A stretch of 33,248 bases of DNA from an uncultured Treponemataceae bacterium (GTDB taxonomy: Bacteria; Spirochaetota; Spirochaetia; Treponematales; Treponemataceae): assembly GCA_964371205.1 (NCBI GenBank), contig CAYJNB010000001.1, positions 1-33,248 on the forward strand. Reading direction: 5' to 3'. Within the stretch, counting starts at the first letter, position 1; each line of letters opens with the position of its first letter. The notes under the pieces were generated by a model. The model ran no database searches. It was not told the DNA's origin and saw only the letters and a program-made list of their open reading frames with translations. The position numbers and the translations under genes are program-made. Shown here piece by piece: positions 8,057-16,432 of this stretch.

Positions 8057-9028
8057 ATGACAAAACGTATTGTAAGTGTGTTACTTTGCGCAGTTATTTT
8101 AATCGTATCTGTAAGTGCTGGCGGTGCTTCAGATTCATCAGCTGCTTTCCCTCAAAAGCAATTAACTATTGTAGTTCCTTATTCACCAGGTGGTGCATCA
8201 GACATGACTGCAAGAATTTATGCTCAAGAACTTGAAAAAGTAATTGGAAAACCAGTTATTGTTACAAACAAAACAGGTGCATCTGGTGCTGTAGGTCTTG
8301 AATTCGTAAGAAATAGTGCTCCTGATGGCTATACAATTGCGTATATGCCAGTTGAATCAACTATGATTAGTGCACTCGGATTAACAGATCTTACTAGCAA
8401 AGACTATAAATTCATTGCTCGTGCGATGACAATTCCTGCAGCTGTTACAGTTAGAGCAGATGCAAAGTGGAATACTTTAGACGAATTCTTAGCTGATGCA
8501 AAGAACAATCCAGGAAGTATCAAAGTTGGTAACTCAGGAACTGGTTCAATTTGGCACATTGCTGCAGCTCAAGTAGAGCAAGCAACAGGTGCAAAATTTA
8601 CTCACGTACCTTTCGAAGGCGCAGCTCCTGCAATCGCTGGTGTGCTTGGTGCAAATATTGATGCTGTAACTGTTAGTCCTTCAGAAGTAAAAGCTGCTGT
8701 TGACGGCGGAGAATTAAAAATCTTAGCTGTTCTTGGAGAAGAACGCTCAAGTATTTTCCCTGATGTTGCAACTGCTGAAGAACTTGGCGTAGACGTTGTA
8801 GCTCAAGGATGGGGTGGTTTTGCTGTACCAAAAGATACTCCAGCTGAAGTAATCGCAATTCTAGACGAAGCTTCTGCAAAAGCAATCAATACAGATGCAG
8901 TAAAAACATTCCTTGGAGAACGCGGATTTGAATTTGCATATCTTCCAGGTGCAGATATGGACGCTGTAACAGGCGAACAACTCGAAATGTTTTCTGTGTT
9001 AATTCCTTCTTTAGGAATCGCTAAATAA
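8057..9028 (+). CDS. tctC: Tripartite tricarboxylate transporter (TTT) substrate-binding protein, TctC/Bug family
   Basis: 323 aa. Signal peptide MTKRIVSVLLCAVILIVSVSA, then the typical IVVPYSPGGASDMTAR motif. Followed by tctB and tctA. Confidence 0.85.
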   Translation: MTKRIVSVLLCAVILIVSVSAGGASDSSAAFPQKQLTIVVPYSPGGASDMTARIYAQELEKVIGKPVIVTNKTGASGAVGLEFVRNSAPDGYTIAYMPVESTMISALGLTDLTSKDYKFIARAMTIPAAVTVRADAKWNTLDEFLADAKNNPGSIKVGNSGTGSIWHIAAAQVEQATGAKFTHVPFEGAAPAIAGVLGANIDAVTVSPSEVKAAVDGGELKILAVLGEERSSIFPDVATAEELGVDVVAQGWGGFAVPKDTPAEVIAILDEASAKAINTDAVKTFLGERGFEFAYLPGADMDAVTGEQLEMFSVLIPSLGIAK

Positions 9029-9038
9029 GTTTTAATCT

Positions 9039-9090
9039 AAATAGGGTTTTCTTAATTATTTATAATTTTGAAAATCCTATTTCTTTTTTT
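9039..9090 (+). terminator. Intrinsic terminator/attenuator between tctC and tctB
   Basis: A 12-bp stem AATAGGGTTTTC / GAAAATCCTATT (one G-U pair), followed by TCTTTTTTT. Confidence 0.6.
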
Positions 9091-9109
9091 ATTATAGAAT
9101 GGAGGATTT

Positions 9110-9559
9110 ATGAAAGGGGATACAGTTTCAGGGATTATTTTTACAGCCTTTGGAGGCTTGTTTCTTTTTCCCTCATTAGAATTAGGATTAGCTTCTCAAA
9201 CTTCTGACGGAGTTCCGGGAGCAGGTTTTTTTCCATTTTGGATTTCTGTAGTGGTTATTGCTATAGGACTTACTTTATTTATTATGGGTATTAAATCAAA
9301 AGTATCGGTACCTTATTTTTCAATGAATGCTGAACAAAAAGAAAATTTAAAACCATTTTTCTTAACTGGTGCTAGCGTAATAGTTTTTCTTGTTCTTTGG
9401 CTCTTATTAGGTTTCTTGCCAGCAGCTATAGCACTTTCGATTTTACTTAATGTTTTATACAAAAGAACAATAAAATTTATTGCACTTTATACACTTCTAT
9501 TTGTTGGGGTGTTGTATTATATTTTCTATTATTTATTACGAATTCAATTTGTAGTATAA
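9110..9559 (+). CDS. tctB: TTT transporter small membrane subunit
   Basis: 149 aa, four hydrophobic segments, positioned between tctC and tctA. RBS is GGAGG. Confidence 0.75.
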   Translation: MKGDTVSGIIFTAFGGLFLFPSLELGLASQTSDGVPGAGFFPFWISVVVIAIGLTLFIMGIKSKVSVPYFSMNAEQKENLKPFFLTGASVIVFLVLWLLLGFLPAAIALSILLNVLYKRTIKFIALYTLLFVGVLYYIFYYLLRIQFVV

Positions 9560-9569
9560 GGAGAGATAA

Positions 9570-11078
9570 ATGATTGAATGGATAGATAGTTTTTTACGTA
9601 TTTGTCAACCAACAGTTTTATTATGCCTAACCGGTGGTGTTGTTGTTGGGACCTTAGTTGGTGCTCTTCCGGGACTTTCTGCTACAATGGCAATAGCAAT
9701 TCTTACTCCTTTAACTTTCTGGTTTAGACCAGATGAGGGGTTTGCAATGCTCATTGGATTGTGGAATGCTGCAATTTTTGCAGGCGGTATTTCTGCTATT
9801 CTGATTAATACACCAGGGACTCCAGCCTCAATTTCATCAACTTTTGATGGGTATAGCCTATACAAAAAAGGGCAAGGCGGCCTTGCTTTGGGTGTTAATG
9901 TTGTATATTCTGCTATTGGTGGACTTATTAGTACCTTAGTATTAATATTTTTCTCATTTCCACTTGCAAAATTTGCAATTAGTTTTGGACCAACAGAATA
10001 CTTTGCTTTAGCATTTTTTGGTCTTTCGATGATGATTGCTGTATCTGAAAACTCAGTTATAAAGGGTTTTGTTGTAGGATTCTTAGGGCTTTTACTTTCT
10101 ACTGTAGGATTAGATCCTATTTTAGCTGTTCGCCGCTTTACATTAAATCAAACAGAATTAATTGCTGGAATTTCTTTTCTTCCAATTATGATTGGTATGT
10201 TTGGTATTGGAGAGGTTCTTTCTCAGATTTTTGAACGAGAACAAAGTGTAGAAAAAGCAGAAGACGAGCAAAAGGTAAAAAATCTACAATTAGGAAGAAT
10301 CCTTCCATCTGGTAAAGAGTTTAAAGAACTTGCAAAACCAACGCTTCTTGCATCTCTTGTTGCTTCAGTTGTAGGTGCAGTTCCTGCTGCTGGTGGTGAT
10401 ATAGCTTCGATTATTTGTTGGGGACAAGCACGTAAAATGTCAAAAAAACCAGAAGAATATGGTAAAGGTTCTGTTGAAGGTCTTGCTGTAAGCTGTGCTG
10501 CAAATAATGGTGTTATTGGTGGTGCCTTAACTACAATGCTTACACTTGGTATTCCAGGAGATACAGTAAGTGCTATTCTTATTGGTTCTCTTATGATGTA
10601 TGGAATGCAGCCTGGGCCAAAAATGTTTACAGATAATCGCTCATTTGTAATAGATATTATGGTTTTAATGATATTTGCATATGTTGTAATTGTTGTTCTT
10701 GGGTTATTAACAGCAAAAGCTTCTGCAAAAGTACTTAATGTTAAAAAACAAACAGTTTGGGTTTCTGTTACTATTTTATGTATTGTAGGTTCATTTGCTC
10801 TAAACAATAGCTTTTTTGATGTTGTTGTTATGCTAGTGGCATCTGTGATTGGTTTTGTATTTAAAAGAGGTGGATATCCACCTGGACCATTTATCTTAGG
10901 GTTACTCCTAGGAGGAATGCTTGAGTCAAATTTGAGGCGAGCACTAGTAATTTCCCAAGGAGATGTTTCGATTTTCTTTACAAGACCTGTTACTGTAGTA
11001 TTGCTGTTATTAACTGTTTTCTCTTTACTTCTACCGGCTATCCGCAGTGCAACAAAAAAGAGGAAGTCGGCTGCTTAA
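9570..11078 (+). CDS. tctA: TTT transporter large permease subunit
   Basis: 502 aa polytopic membrane protein. It has the GALPGLSATMAIAILTPLT N-terminal motif and a later GIPGDTVSAILIG motif, both typical of TctA. Confidence 0.85.
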   Translation: MIEWIDSFLRICQPTVLLCLTGGVVVGTLVGALPGLSATMAIAILTPLTFWFRPDEGFAMLIGLWNAAIFAGGISAILINTPGTPASISSTFDGYSLYKKGQGGLALGVNVVYSAIGGLISTLVLIFFSFPLAKFAISFGPTEYFALAFFGLSMMIAVSENSVIKGFVVGFLGLLLSTVGLDPILAVRRFTLNQTELIAGISFLPIMIGMFGIGEVLSQIFEREQSVEKAEDEQKVKNLQLGRILPSGKEFKELAKPTLLASLVASVVGAVPAAGGDIASIICWGQARKMSKKPEEYGKGSVEGLAVSCAANNGVIGGALTTMLTLGIPGDTVSAILIGSLMMYGMQPGPKMFTDNRSFVIDIMVLMIFAYVVIVVLGLLTAKASAKVLNVKKQTVWVSVTILCIVGSFALNNSFFDVVVMLVASVIGFVFKRGGYPPGPFILGLLLGGMLESNLRRALVISQGDVSIFFTRPVTVVLLLLTVFSLLLPAIRSATKKRKSAA

Positions 11079-11079
11079 T

Positions 11080-11877
11080 ATGAATGACTCACGAAAAGAA
11101 ATTTGGAAAATTAATGCAGTTGTTAAAGCAACAGAAATACTTGAATGTTTTACAGCAAATCAACCTCAGTTTACTCTAAGTCAACTAGCAGCACAAATGG
11201 ATTTGCCAAAAAGTTCAGTATCAAATATTTTAAAAACACTTATACACTGCAAATTACTAGAAAAAGACGATGCGACTCAAATGTATCGTCTTGGAATCCA
11301 AATTCTTGAAATGAGTTATAGTGTTCGTAAGGGTATGCCTATTATTGACTTTGTTATGCGTAACTTAGATGATTTGCAACAACAAACAGGCGAGATAGTG
11401 TACTTTACTATCCCAAGAAACGGTAAAGTACTCTATCTAGATGCAAGCTATCCTGGTAACAAACGAGTAACATATTCGGTAGCAGGTAAAACGCTATACA
11501 TGCATTGTACTGGGGTTGGTAAGGCTATGCTCAGCGCCTTACCAGATGCCGATATCAGGAAAATAATTGACTTTCATGGAATGCCGCGTTTTACCCCAGA
11601 TACTATTACAGATTTTAATGCTCTAATGGAGCAAATTGAAGAAATTAGAAAGCGGGGTTATTCAATAGATTTGGGCGAAGAAAGCTATGGCGTAAAGTGT
11701 GTTGCTGTCCCAATTATGAAAGGGGATTTATTACTTGGAGGTATAAGTATTTCTGGCTCTCCATTATCTATTCCAGATGATAAAATTTATCCATATGCTC
11801 AACTATTACAACAAACCGCATCGACCTTGTCAGCAAAGGCGGATATATTCCCTAAATACGATATTGTACCAATGTAA
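11080..11877 (+). CDS. IclR-family transcriptional regulator (KdgR-like by context)
   Basis: N-terminal wHTH (LSQLAAQMDLPKSSVSNILKTL) and a C-terminal IclR effector domain. The track begins at GTG 11047, inside tctA. I prefer ATG 11080, one base after the tctA stop, with AGAGGAAG upstream. Confidence 0.8.
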   Translation: MNDSRKEIWKINAVVKATEILECFTANQPQFTLSQLAAQMDLPKSSVSNILKTLIHCKLLEKDDATQMYRLGIQILEMSYSVRKGMPIIDFVMRNLDDLQQQTGEIVYFTIPRNGKVLYLDASYPGNKRVTYSVAGKTLYMHCTGVGKAMLSALPDADIRKIIDFHGMPRFTPDTITDFNALMEQIEEIRKRGYSIDLGEESYGVKCVAVPIMKGDLLLGGISISGSPLSIPDDKIYPYAQLLQQTASTLSAKADIFPKYDIVPM

Positions 11878-11949
11878 AAAAGTGTAAAAAGGTTTATTTA
11901 CAATTATTTTTTTCTTGCACAATTTTTTTAAATACACTACATTTAATAT

Positions 11950-12687
11950 ATGGATTTAATATCATTTGCGGCTTTACCGTTAATACTTCAGATAGTTTTA
12001 ATTATACATGCTATTAAAAATCAAAAACCATATTTTTGGATTTTTTTACTCATTTTTGTTCCTGGTATTAGTACAATTATCTACTTTTTAATTGAATTTC
12101 TTCCAAGTATACTGAACCGGCCAGATGCACGTTTGGCTGGTAAACAATTTATAAAAGCAATTAATCCAGAAGGTGATATTCGTCGCTTAAAAGAGCAACT
12201 AGAATCACAGGATACTATTGCAAACAAAATTGCACTTGCTGACGCATATTTTGAGGCTGAACAATATGAAAATGCAGTAGTTCAATATAAAGAATGTTTA
12301 GTAGGTCCATATGCAAACGATAGAACTATTCTTTTTCCTCTTGCACGAGCGCAGTACTTTGCTGGAAATATTGAAGAAGCAAAGAAAATTGTTCATCTTC
12401 TAAAAGAAGAAAAAGAATTTGTGCTTTTTGAAGAACAGTTATTAGATCTGCAAATTAGAGAAGTAGATGAGAATGTTTTACAGGATTTTGAAAATCTATA
12501 TGAGCGTACACGAAATTTTGAAGCGGGCTTTTACTATGTTAAGTCTCTAATAAAAAATAATCAAGTTGAAAATGCAAAGCGTGTTATAGCAGATATGAAA
12601 AATACACTCAAGAACTTTAGTAAATTTAGAACCACAATAGGAAAAGAGTGGCTTTCTAAAAGCGAGTCTGTTTTACGTAGTCTTTAG
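11950..12687 (+). CDS. Membrane protein with PLD_N-like N-terminal domain and TPR-like C-terminal region
   Basis: 245 aa. Two N-terminal TM helices with the HAIKNQKPYFWIFLLIFVPGISTIIYF pattern, as seen in cardiolipin-synthase N-terminal domains. The remainder is helical and repeat-like. Confidence 0.55.
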   Translation: MDLISFAALPLILQIVLIIHAIKNQKPYFWIFLLIFVPGISTIIYFLIEFLPSILNRPDARLAGKQFIKAINPEGDIRRLKEQLESQDTIANKIALADAYFEAEQYENAVVQYKECLVGPYANDRTILFPLARAQYFAGNIEEAKKIVHLLKEEKEFVLFEEQLLDLQIREVDENVLQDFENLYERTRNFEAGFYYVKSLIKNNQVENAKRVIADMKNTLKNFSKFRTTIGKEWLSKSESVLRSL

Positions 12688-12700
12688 AGACTACTCTAAA

Positions 12701-12747
12701 TAAAAAAATCCGAATAAGCGTCCTCCTCTTATTGCACTTATTCGGAT
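12701..12747 (-). terminator. Rho-independent terminator, minus-strand orientation
   Basis: An 11-bp stem ATCCGAATAAG / CTTATTCGGAT (12708-12718 with 12737-12747) and an 18-nt loop. On the minus strand it is followed by a T7 run (the plus-strand A-run 12702-12708). Confidence 0.6.
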
Positions 12748-12770
12748 AAAAAATCAAAACTACAAGATTC

Positions 12771-12794
12771 AAAATTACAGGATGTAATTTTTAT
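12771..12794. repeat. 24-bp hairpin repeat, copy 1
   Basis: AAAATTACAGGATGTAATTTTTAT differs from copy 2 at one base. Internal inverted repeat AAAATTAC / GTAATTTT. Confidence 0.7.
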
Positions 12795-12863
12795 CTAAAG
12801 CGACACGGATGTCGCATTGGAAATAGGACGTAGTTTTGAACTAGTTTCAAAACTGCAAAAATA

Positions 12864-12887
12864 AAAATTACAGGAGGTAATTTTTAT
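12864..12887. repeat. 24-bp hairpin repeat, copy 2 (abuts stop codon of EF-G paralog)
   Basis: AAAATTACAGGAGGTAATTTTTAT. On the minus strand this hairpin is followed by TATTTTT, so it may act as a weak proximal terminator. Confidence 0.7.
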
Positions 12888-12888
12888 T

Positions 12889-14979
12889 TTACTCGTCCGA
12901 GTGGCTTACAGTAATAAACTCTTGTGCTGCCTTAATTACATCCTCTGCTATTTTACCCGAGATTGGGTCGTAGTGATCAAATGAGGTTTCAAAACTTCCT
13001 GTCCCACTTGTCATTGACCGTAAATCTATTGCATAGCGTATTAATTCAGCCTGTGGTGCTTGAGCACGTATCTCTTCTATTCCTCCACCGAGAGGGCTTT
13101 GTCCCAAGATGCGTCCTCGTTTTGTAGAAATGTCAGACATAATATCGCCCAAGTACTTTGATTCTACATATATAGTAATATCCATAATTGGCTCGAGTAA
13201 GGTTGCCCCTGCATTTCTCATAGCATCTTTAAATGCATTTCTAGATGCAATCTTAAAAGCAAGCTCTGATGAGTCTACAGGATGTTCTTTTCCATCAAGT
13301 ACAGTAATTCCTACGTCTACAACAGGATACCCTGCTAAGACACCGTGCTCCATAGCTTCTTTTACACCTTTTTCTACACCAGGAATATAGTTTTTCGATA
13401 TTGCTCCACCAAATATTGCATTAGTAAATTGGTACATATCGCCACGAGCTAATGGTTCTACAGATAGTACAACACGACCAAATTGTCCATGTCCGCCAGA
13501 TTGTTTTTTGTGTGTATATTCTGCTTGCGACTTTCGTTGAACCGTTTCTCGATATGCAATACGTGGTAAGCTAATTTGCGGTTCAATTTTTGTAAGTGTT
13601 TGTACTTTTTTAAGCAAAATACTCAATTGTAGTTCACCCATTCCAGAAAGCACATTTTGTTTGGTTTCGGCATTATAGCTGTAAGAAAGTGTTCTATCTT
13701 CTTCAGATAGTTTTGCAAGCATTTCACCCAATTTATCTTCATCACGTTTTTCCTTTGCAGATACTGCAACGCTGTAAATAGGTTCTGGGTGTCGCAACGG
13801 TACAAATGTAAGAGCACCTGAATCGGAACTTAAGGTATCACTCGTTTTAACAGTTTGTAACTTTACTGCAACACCAATATCTCCTGCGTAGAGCTTTTTT
13901 ACTTCTTCAAGTTTTTTACCCATACATCTATACAGTTTACCAATTTTCTCTTTATGCGATTCGCTTACATTATGTACTTCTGTATCTGCAGTAAGTACTC
14001 CAGTTACGACCTTTATGTAAGAGAGCCGACCAGAAAATTGATCGCTTGCAGTTTTAACAACAAGTGCAGATAAAGGTTGTTCACTATCTATTTTAATAGT
14101 AATTTCACTTCCATCAGCTTTATGTAAAGCTTCAATGCAGTGGTGTGGATCAGGTGCCATTTCGCTAATAAAATCCAAAATAGAGTTCATTCCAGACCCT
14201 TGCACTGTATCTCCACAAAATACAGGAACAATACGATTATTTTCAAATGCTATTTGCAAACCTCGAACAATTTCGTCGTGAGTAAGTTCTCCCTCATCAA
14301 TAAACTTAATTAATAAATCGTCGTCTCCCTCTGCGGCTGCTCCTGCTAGAATGCCTCGTGCATATTCATAGTCTTCAGCATACTCACTTGGGATTTCTAT
14401 TGCTTTTTCGATTTCGCCTTGATTTGGAATAGGGTAGGCTTTCCCTTCGAGTACGTCTATAACGCCTTTAAAATCTTTACCACTTCCCATTGGTATGGTT
14501 AATGCGCAAACTTGTACATCAAATCTATCATGAATGTTTTTGCTTATGCTTGCTACATCTGTTCTTTCATCTGGGCAGCGATTAATATACACCATACGGG
14601 GTTTATTGCGTCTATCTAACGTGCGCCAAAGCTTAATTGTTTCAATCTGTACACCACTTTTTCCATCTATAATCATAAGGGCCGCTTCGCTTGCTCTAAA
14701 GGCAGAAATAGCTTCTCCAACAAAATCTGAAGAGCCGGGGGTATCCCAAAGATTAATATTTTTTTCTTTCCATGTTGTATGTGCTAATGAGGCATAAATG
14801 GAAATTTTATGTTCTATTTCTTCTGTAGAAAAATCGCTAACTGTTTTTCCTGATTCAACAGTTTCAATTTTTTGAATTGCTCCTGAAGCAAACAAAAGAT
14901 GTTCTATAAGTGTTGTTTTACCTGTTTGGCCGTGTCCGGCAACACTAACATTTTTTACGTGACTGGTCATAAAATCCAT
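12889..14979 (-). CDS. Elongation factor G paralog (EF-G-2-like translational GTPase)
   Basis: The five-domain EF-G layout is recognisable, with P-loop GHGQTGKTT. I prefer ATG 14979 (MDFMTSHVKN), which has AGGAGAA upstream, over the track start at 15021. Confidence 0.85.
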   Translation of the reverse strand: MDFMTSHVKNVSVAGHGQTGKTTLIEHLLFASGAIQKIETVESGKTVSDFSTEEIEHKISIYASLAHTTWKEKNINLWDTPGSSDFVGEAISAFRASEAALMIIDGKSGVQIETIKLWRTLDRRNKPRMVYINRCPDERTDVASISKNIHDRFDVQVCALTIPMGSGKDFKGVIDVLEGKAYPIPNQGEIEKAIEIPSEYAEDYEYARGILAGAAAEGDDDLLIKFIDEGELTHDEIVRGLQIAFENNRIVPVFCGDTVQGSGMNSILDFISEMAPDPHHCIEALHKADGSEITIKIDSEQPLSALVVKTASDQFSGRLSYIKVVTGVLTADTEVHNVSESHKEKIGKLYRCMGKKLEEVKKLYAGDIGVAVKLQTVKTSDTLSSDSGALTFVPLRHPEPIYSVAVSAKEKRDEDKLGEMLAKLSEEDRTLSYSYNAETKQNVLSGMGELQLSILLKKVQTLTKIEPQISLPRIAYRETVQRKSQAEYTHKKQSGGHGQFGRVVLSVEPLARGDMYQFTNAIFGGAISKNYIPGVEKGVKEAMEHGVLAGYPVVDVGITVLDGKEHPVDSSELAFKIASRNAFKDAMRNAGATLLEPIMDITIYVESKYLGDIMSDISTKRGRILGQSPLGGGIEEIRAQAPQAELIRYAIDLRSMTSGTGSFETSFDHYDPISGKIAEDVIKAAQEFITVSHSDE

Positions 14980-15133
14980 TGATGTTCTCCTATAAATGCT
15001 ATTGTTATATGATAGAATCAAAGAATTGAATTGTCAAGGAAAAGTTTTTAAAGTTTTTTACTTTAAATAAGTTGTAAAAAATAAAATAATGTTGTAAAGT
15101 AATTAATAATACATAATTTACCGATAATATAGA

Positions 15134-16390
15134 ATGGATGTTTTTAGCTTTTCAACAGAATCATTATTAAGCCTTATGGCTATTTCCTTTTATTTCCATG
15201 AGATTTTTCTTTTTTCCGATATGGTATTAGAAAATTCTCGCCTTACCGTACCTAAACGTATTTTAGCTAGCATATGTAATGCTTGTATAATAACCGTTTT
15301 AATTTCGCAAAGCACTATCGTTTTGTCTTTTTTTCAATTTTTAGTTATTTATTCGGTGCTGATTTTAAATATAATGGTGTTTTACCGGACTTCAGTTATC
15401 AATAAGTTCTTTTTTGCTTCGGCCTATTTTATACATGCAATGAGTTTACGCTCAATAATAACCACCTTGTATTCTTATGCATCTGGTCTTCGAATTTATC
15501 AAATAGCTCATAATCAAACAACCTTGCAATATTCATATATATTAATGGCTGTTTTTTGCGGTTTAGCTATTGTATGCGTGCGCCATCTTATCCCTACAAA
15601 GGAAATCAAGATAATTACACAAAATAAAACACAGCTAAACTTTATGTTGGTGTGGATTACTCTATTTAATGTATATTTACTAATAAAATCCCAAATTTAT
15701 GATACAGTGTTTGTTAGTAGCTTGATTGTGTTTTTACAACTAGTTAGTCCTGTTTTTATACTTTTAGGTTTGTATATTGTACTTTTTTTTGCTATTCAAA
15801 CAGGCAGGCTGTTAGGTTATAAAGAAAAAACGGAAGTATTGCAAGTGCAGATAGAAGAAAGCGAAAAACAATTCGAAAAAATGCGTATAAAGGCAGAACG
15901 CGATCCTTTAACTGGTCTGTATAATAAGGAAGTAACTAGTATACTTATTGAGAATTATATTGCTGCACATAAAAACAATAACCTCTGTGCTTTGTTTATT
16001 ATCGATATTGATTATTTTAAAGAAGTAAACGACCAAAAAGGCCACATGTATGGAGATGAGGTTTTAATTGATTTAGCAAGTAAACTAAGCAAAATATTCC
16101 GATCTGACGATATTGTAGGTCGCATTGGTGGCGATGAATTTATGGTTTTTATGAAAAATGTAATAAGTGAAGAAGCTATCACATCAAAGGCAGACGAAGT
16201 TTGTAAAGAATTTTATCAAACATATATGGCAAAAAATAATACAACAAAGAATTTTTCTGCAAGTGTTGGAATCGCATTCTATCCTCGTGATGGAGTAACA
16301 ATGTCTGAATTATATCTAAAAGCTGATGAAGCCTTGTACAAGGTAAAAGAGAATGGACGTAATTCATACAGACTGTATACCAGTGTATAA
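15134..16390 (+). CDS. Membrane-anchored diguanylate cyclase (GGDEF domain with I-site)
   Basis: 418 aa. About seven N-terminal TM segments, a coiled-coil linker, RDPLTGLYNK, and RSDD-x5-GGDEF (an RxxD I-site five residues before an intact GGDEF). Confidence 0.85.
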   Translation: MDVFSFSTESLLSLMAISFYFHEIFLFSDMVLENSRLTVPKRILASICNACIITVLISQSTIVLSFFQFLVIYSVLILNIMVFYRTSVINKFFFASAYFIHAMSLRSIITTLYSYASGLRIYQIAHNQTTLQYSYILMAVFCGLAIVCVRHLIPTKEIKIITQNKTQLNFMLVWITLFNVYLLIKSQIYDTVFVSSLIVFLQLVSPVFILLGLYIVLFFAIQTGRLLGYKEKTEVLQVQIEESEKQFEKMRIKAERDPLTGLYNKEVTSILIENYIAAHKNNNLCALFIIDIDYFKEVNDQKGHMYGDEVLIDLASKLSKIFRSDDIVGRIGGDEFMVFMKNVISEEAITSKADEVCKEFYQTYMAKNNTTKNFSASVGIAFYPRDGVTMSELYLKADEALYKVKENGRNSYRLYTSV

Positions 16391-16432
16391 AGCAAATCTC
16401 TAGGCTTGACAGACTCCTCTGTATTGCGTAAC

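Noticed and set aside
10223-10807. A 194-aa antisense ORF inside tctA. Similar shadow ORFs occur at 9605..9865, 8673..8885, 6361..6552 and 6844..7110.
   Set aside because: Each lies wholly within a strongly supported gene on the opposite strand. They have low-complexity or odd composition, no RBS and no recognisable motifs. They are typical shadow ORFs of the somewhat GC-richer transporter genes.
12771-12887. The two 24-bp repeats considered as a minimal CRISPR array.
   Set aside because: There are only two copies. Each is an AT-rich hairpin with a T-run, like a terminator. The 69-bp spacer is itself made of palindromes, and there is no cas gene or leader.
15071-15098. A direct repeat GTTGTAAA at 15071 and 15091 in the divergent EF-G-paralog/GGDEF intergenic region.
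   Set aside because: It is an 8-bp repeat in very AT-rich DNA and could easily arise by chance. I could not derive a convincing promoter or operator architecture from it.
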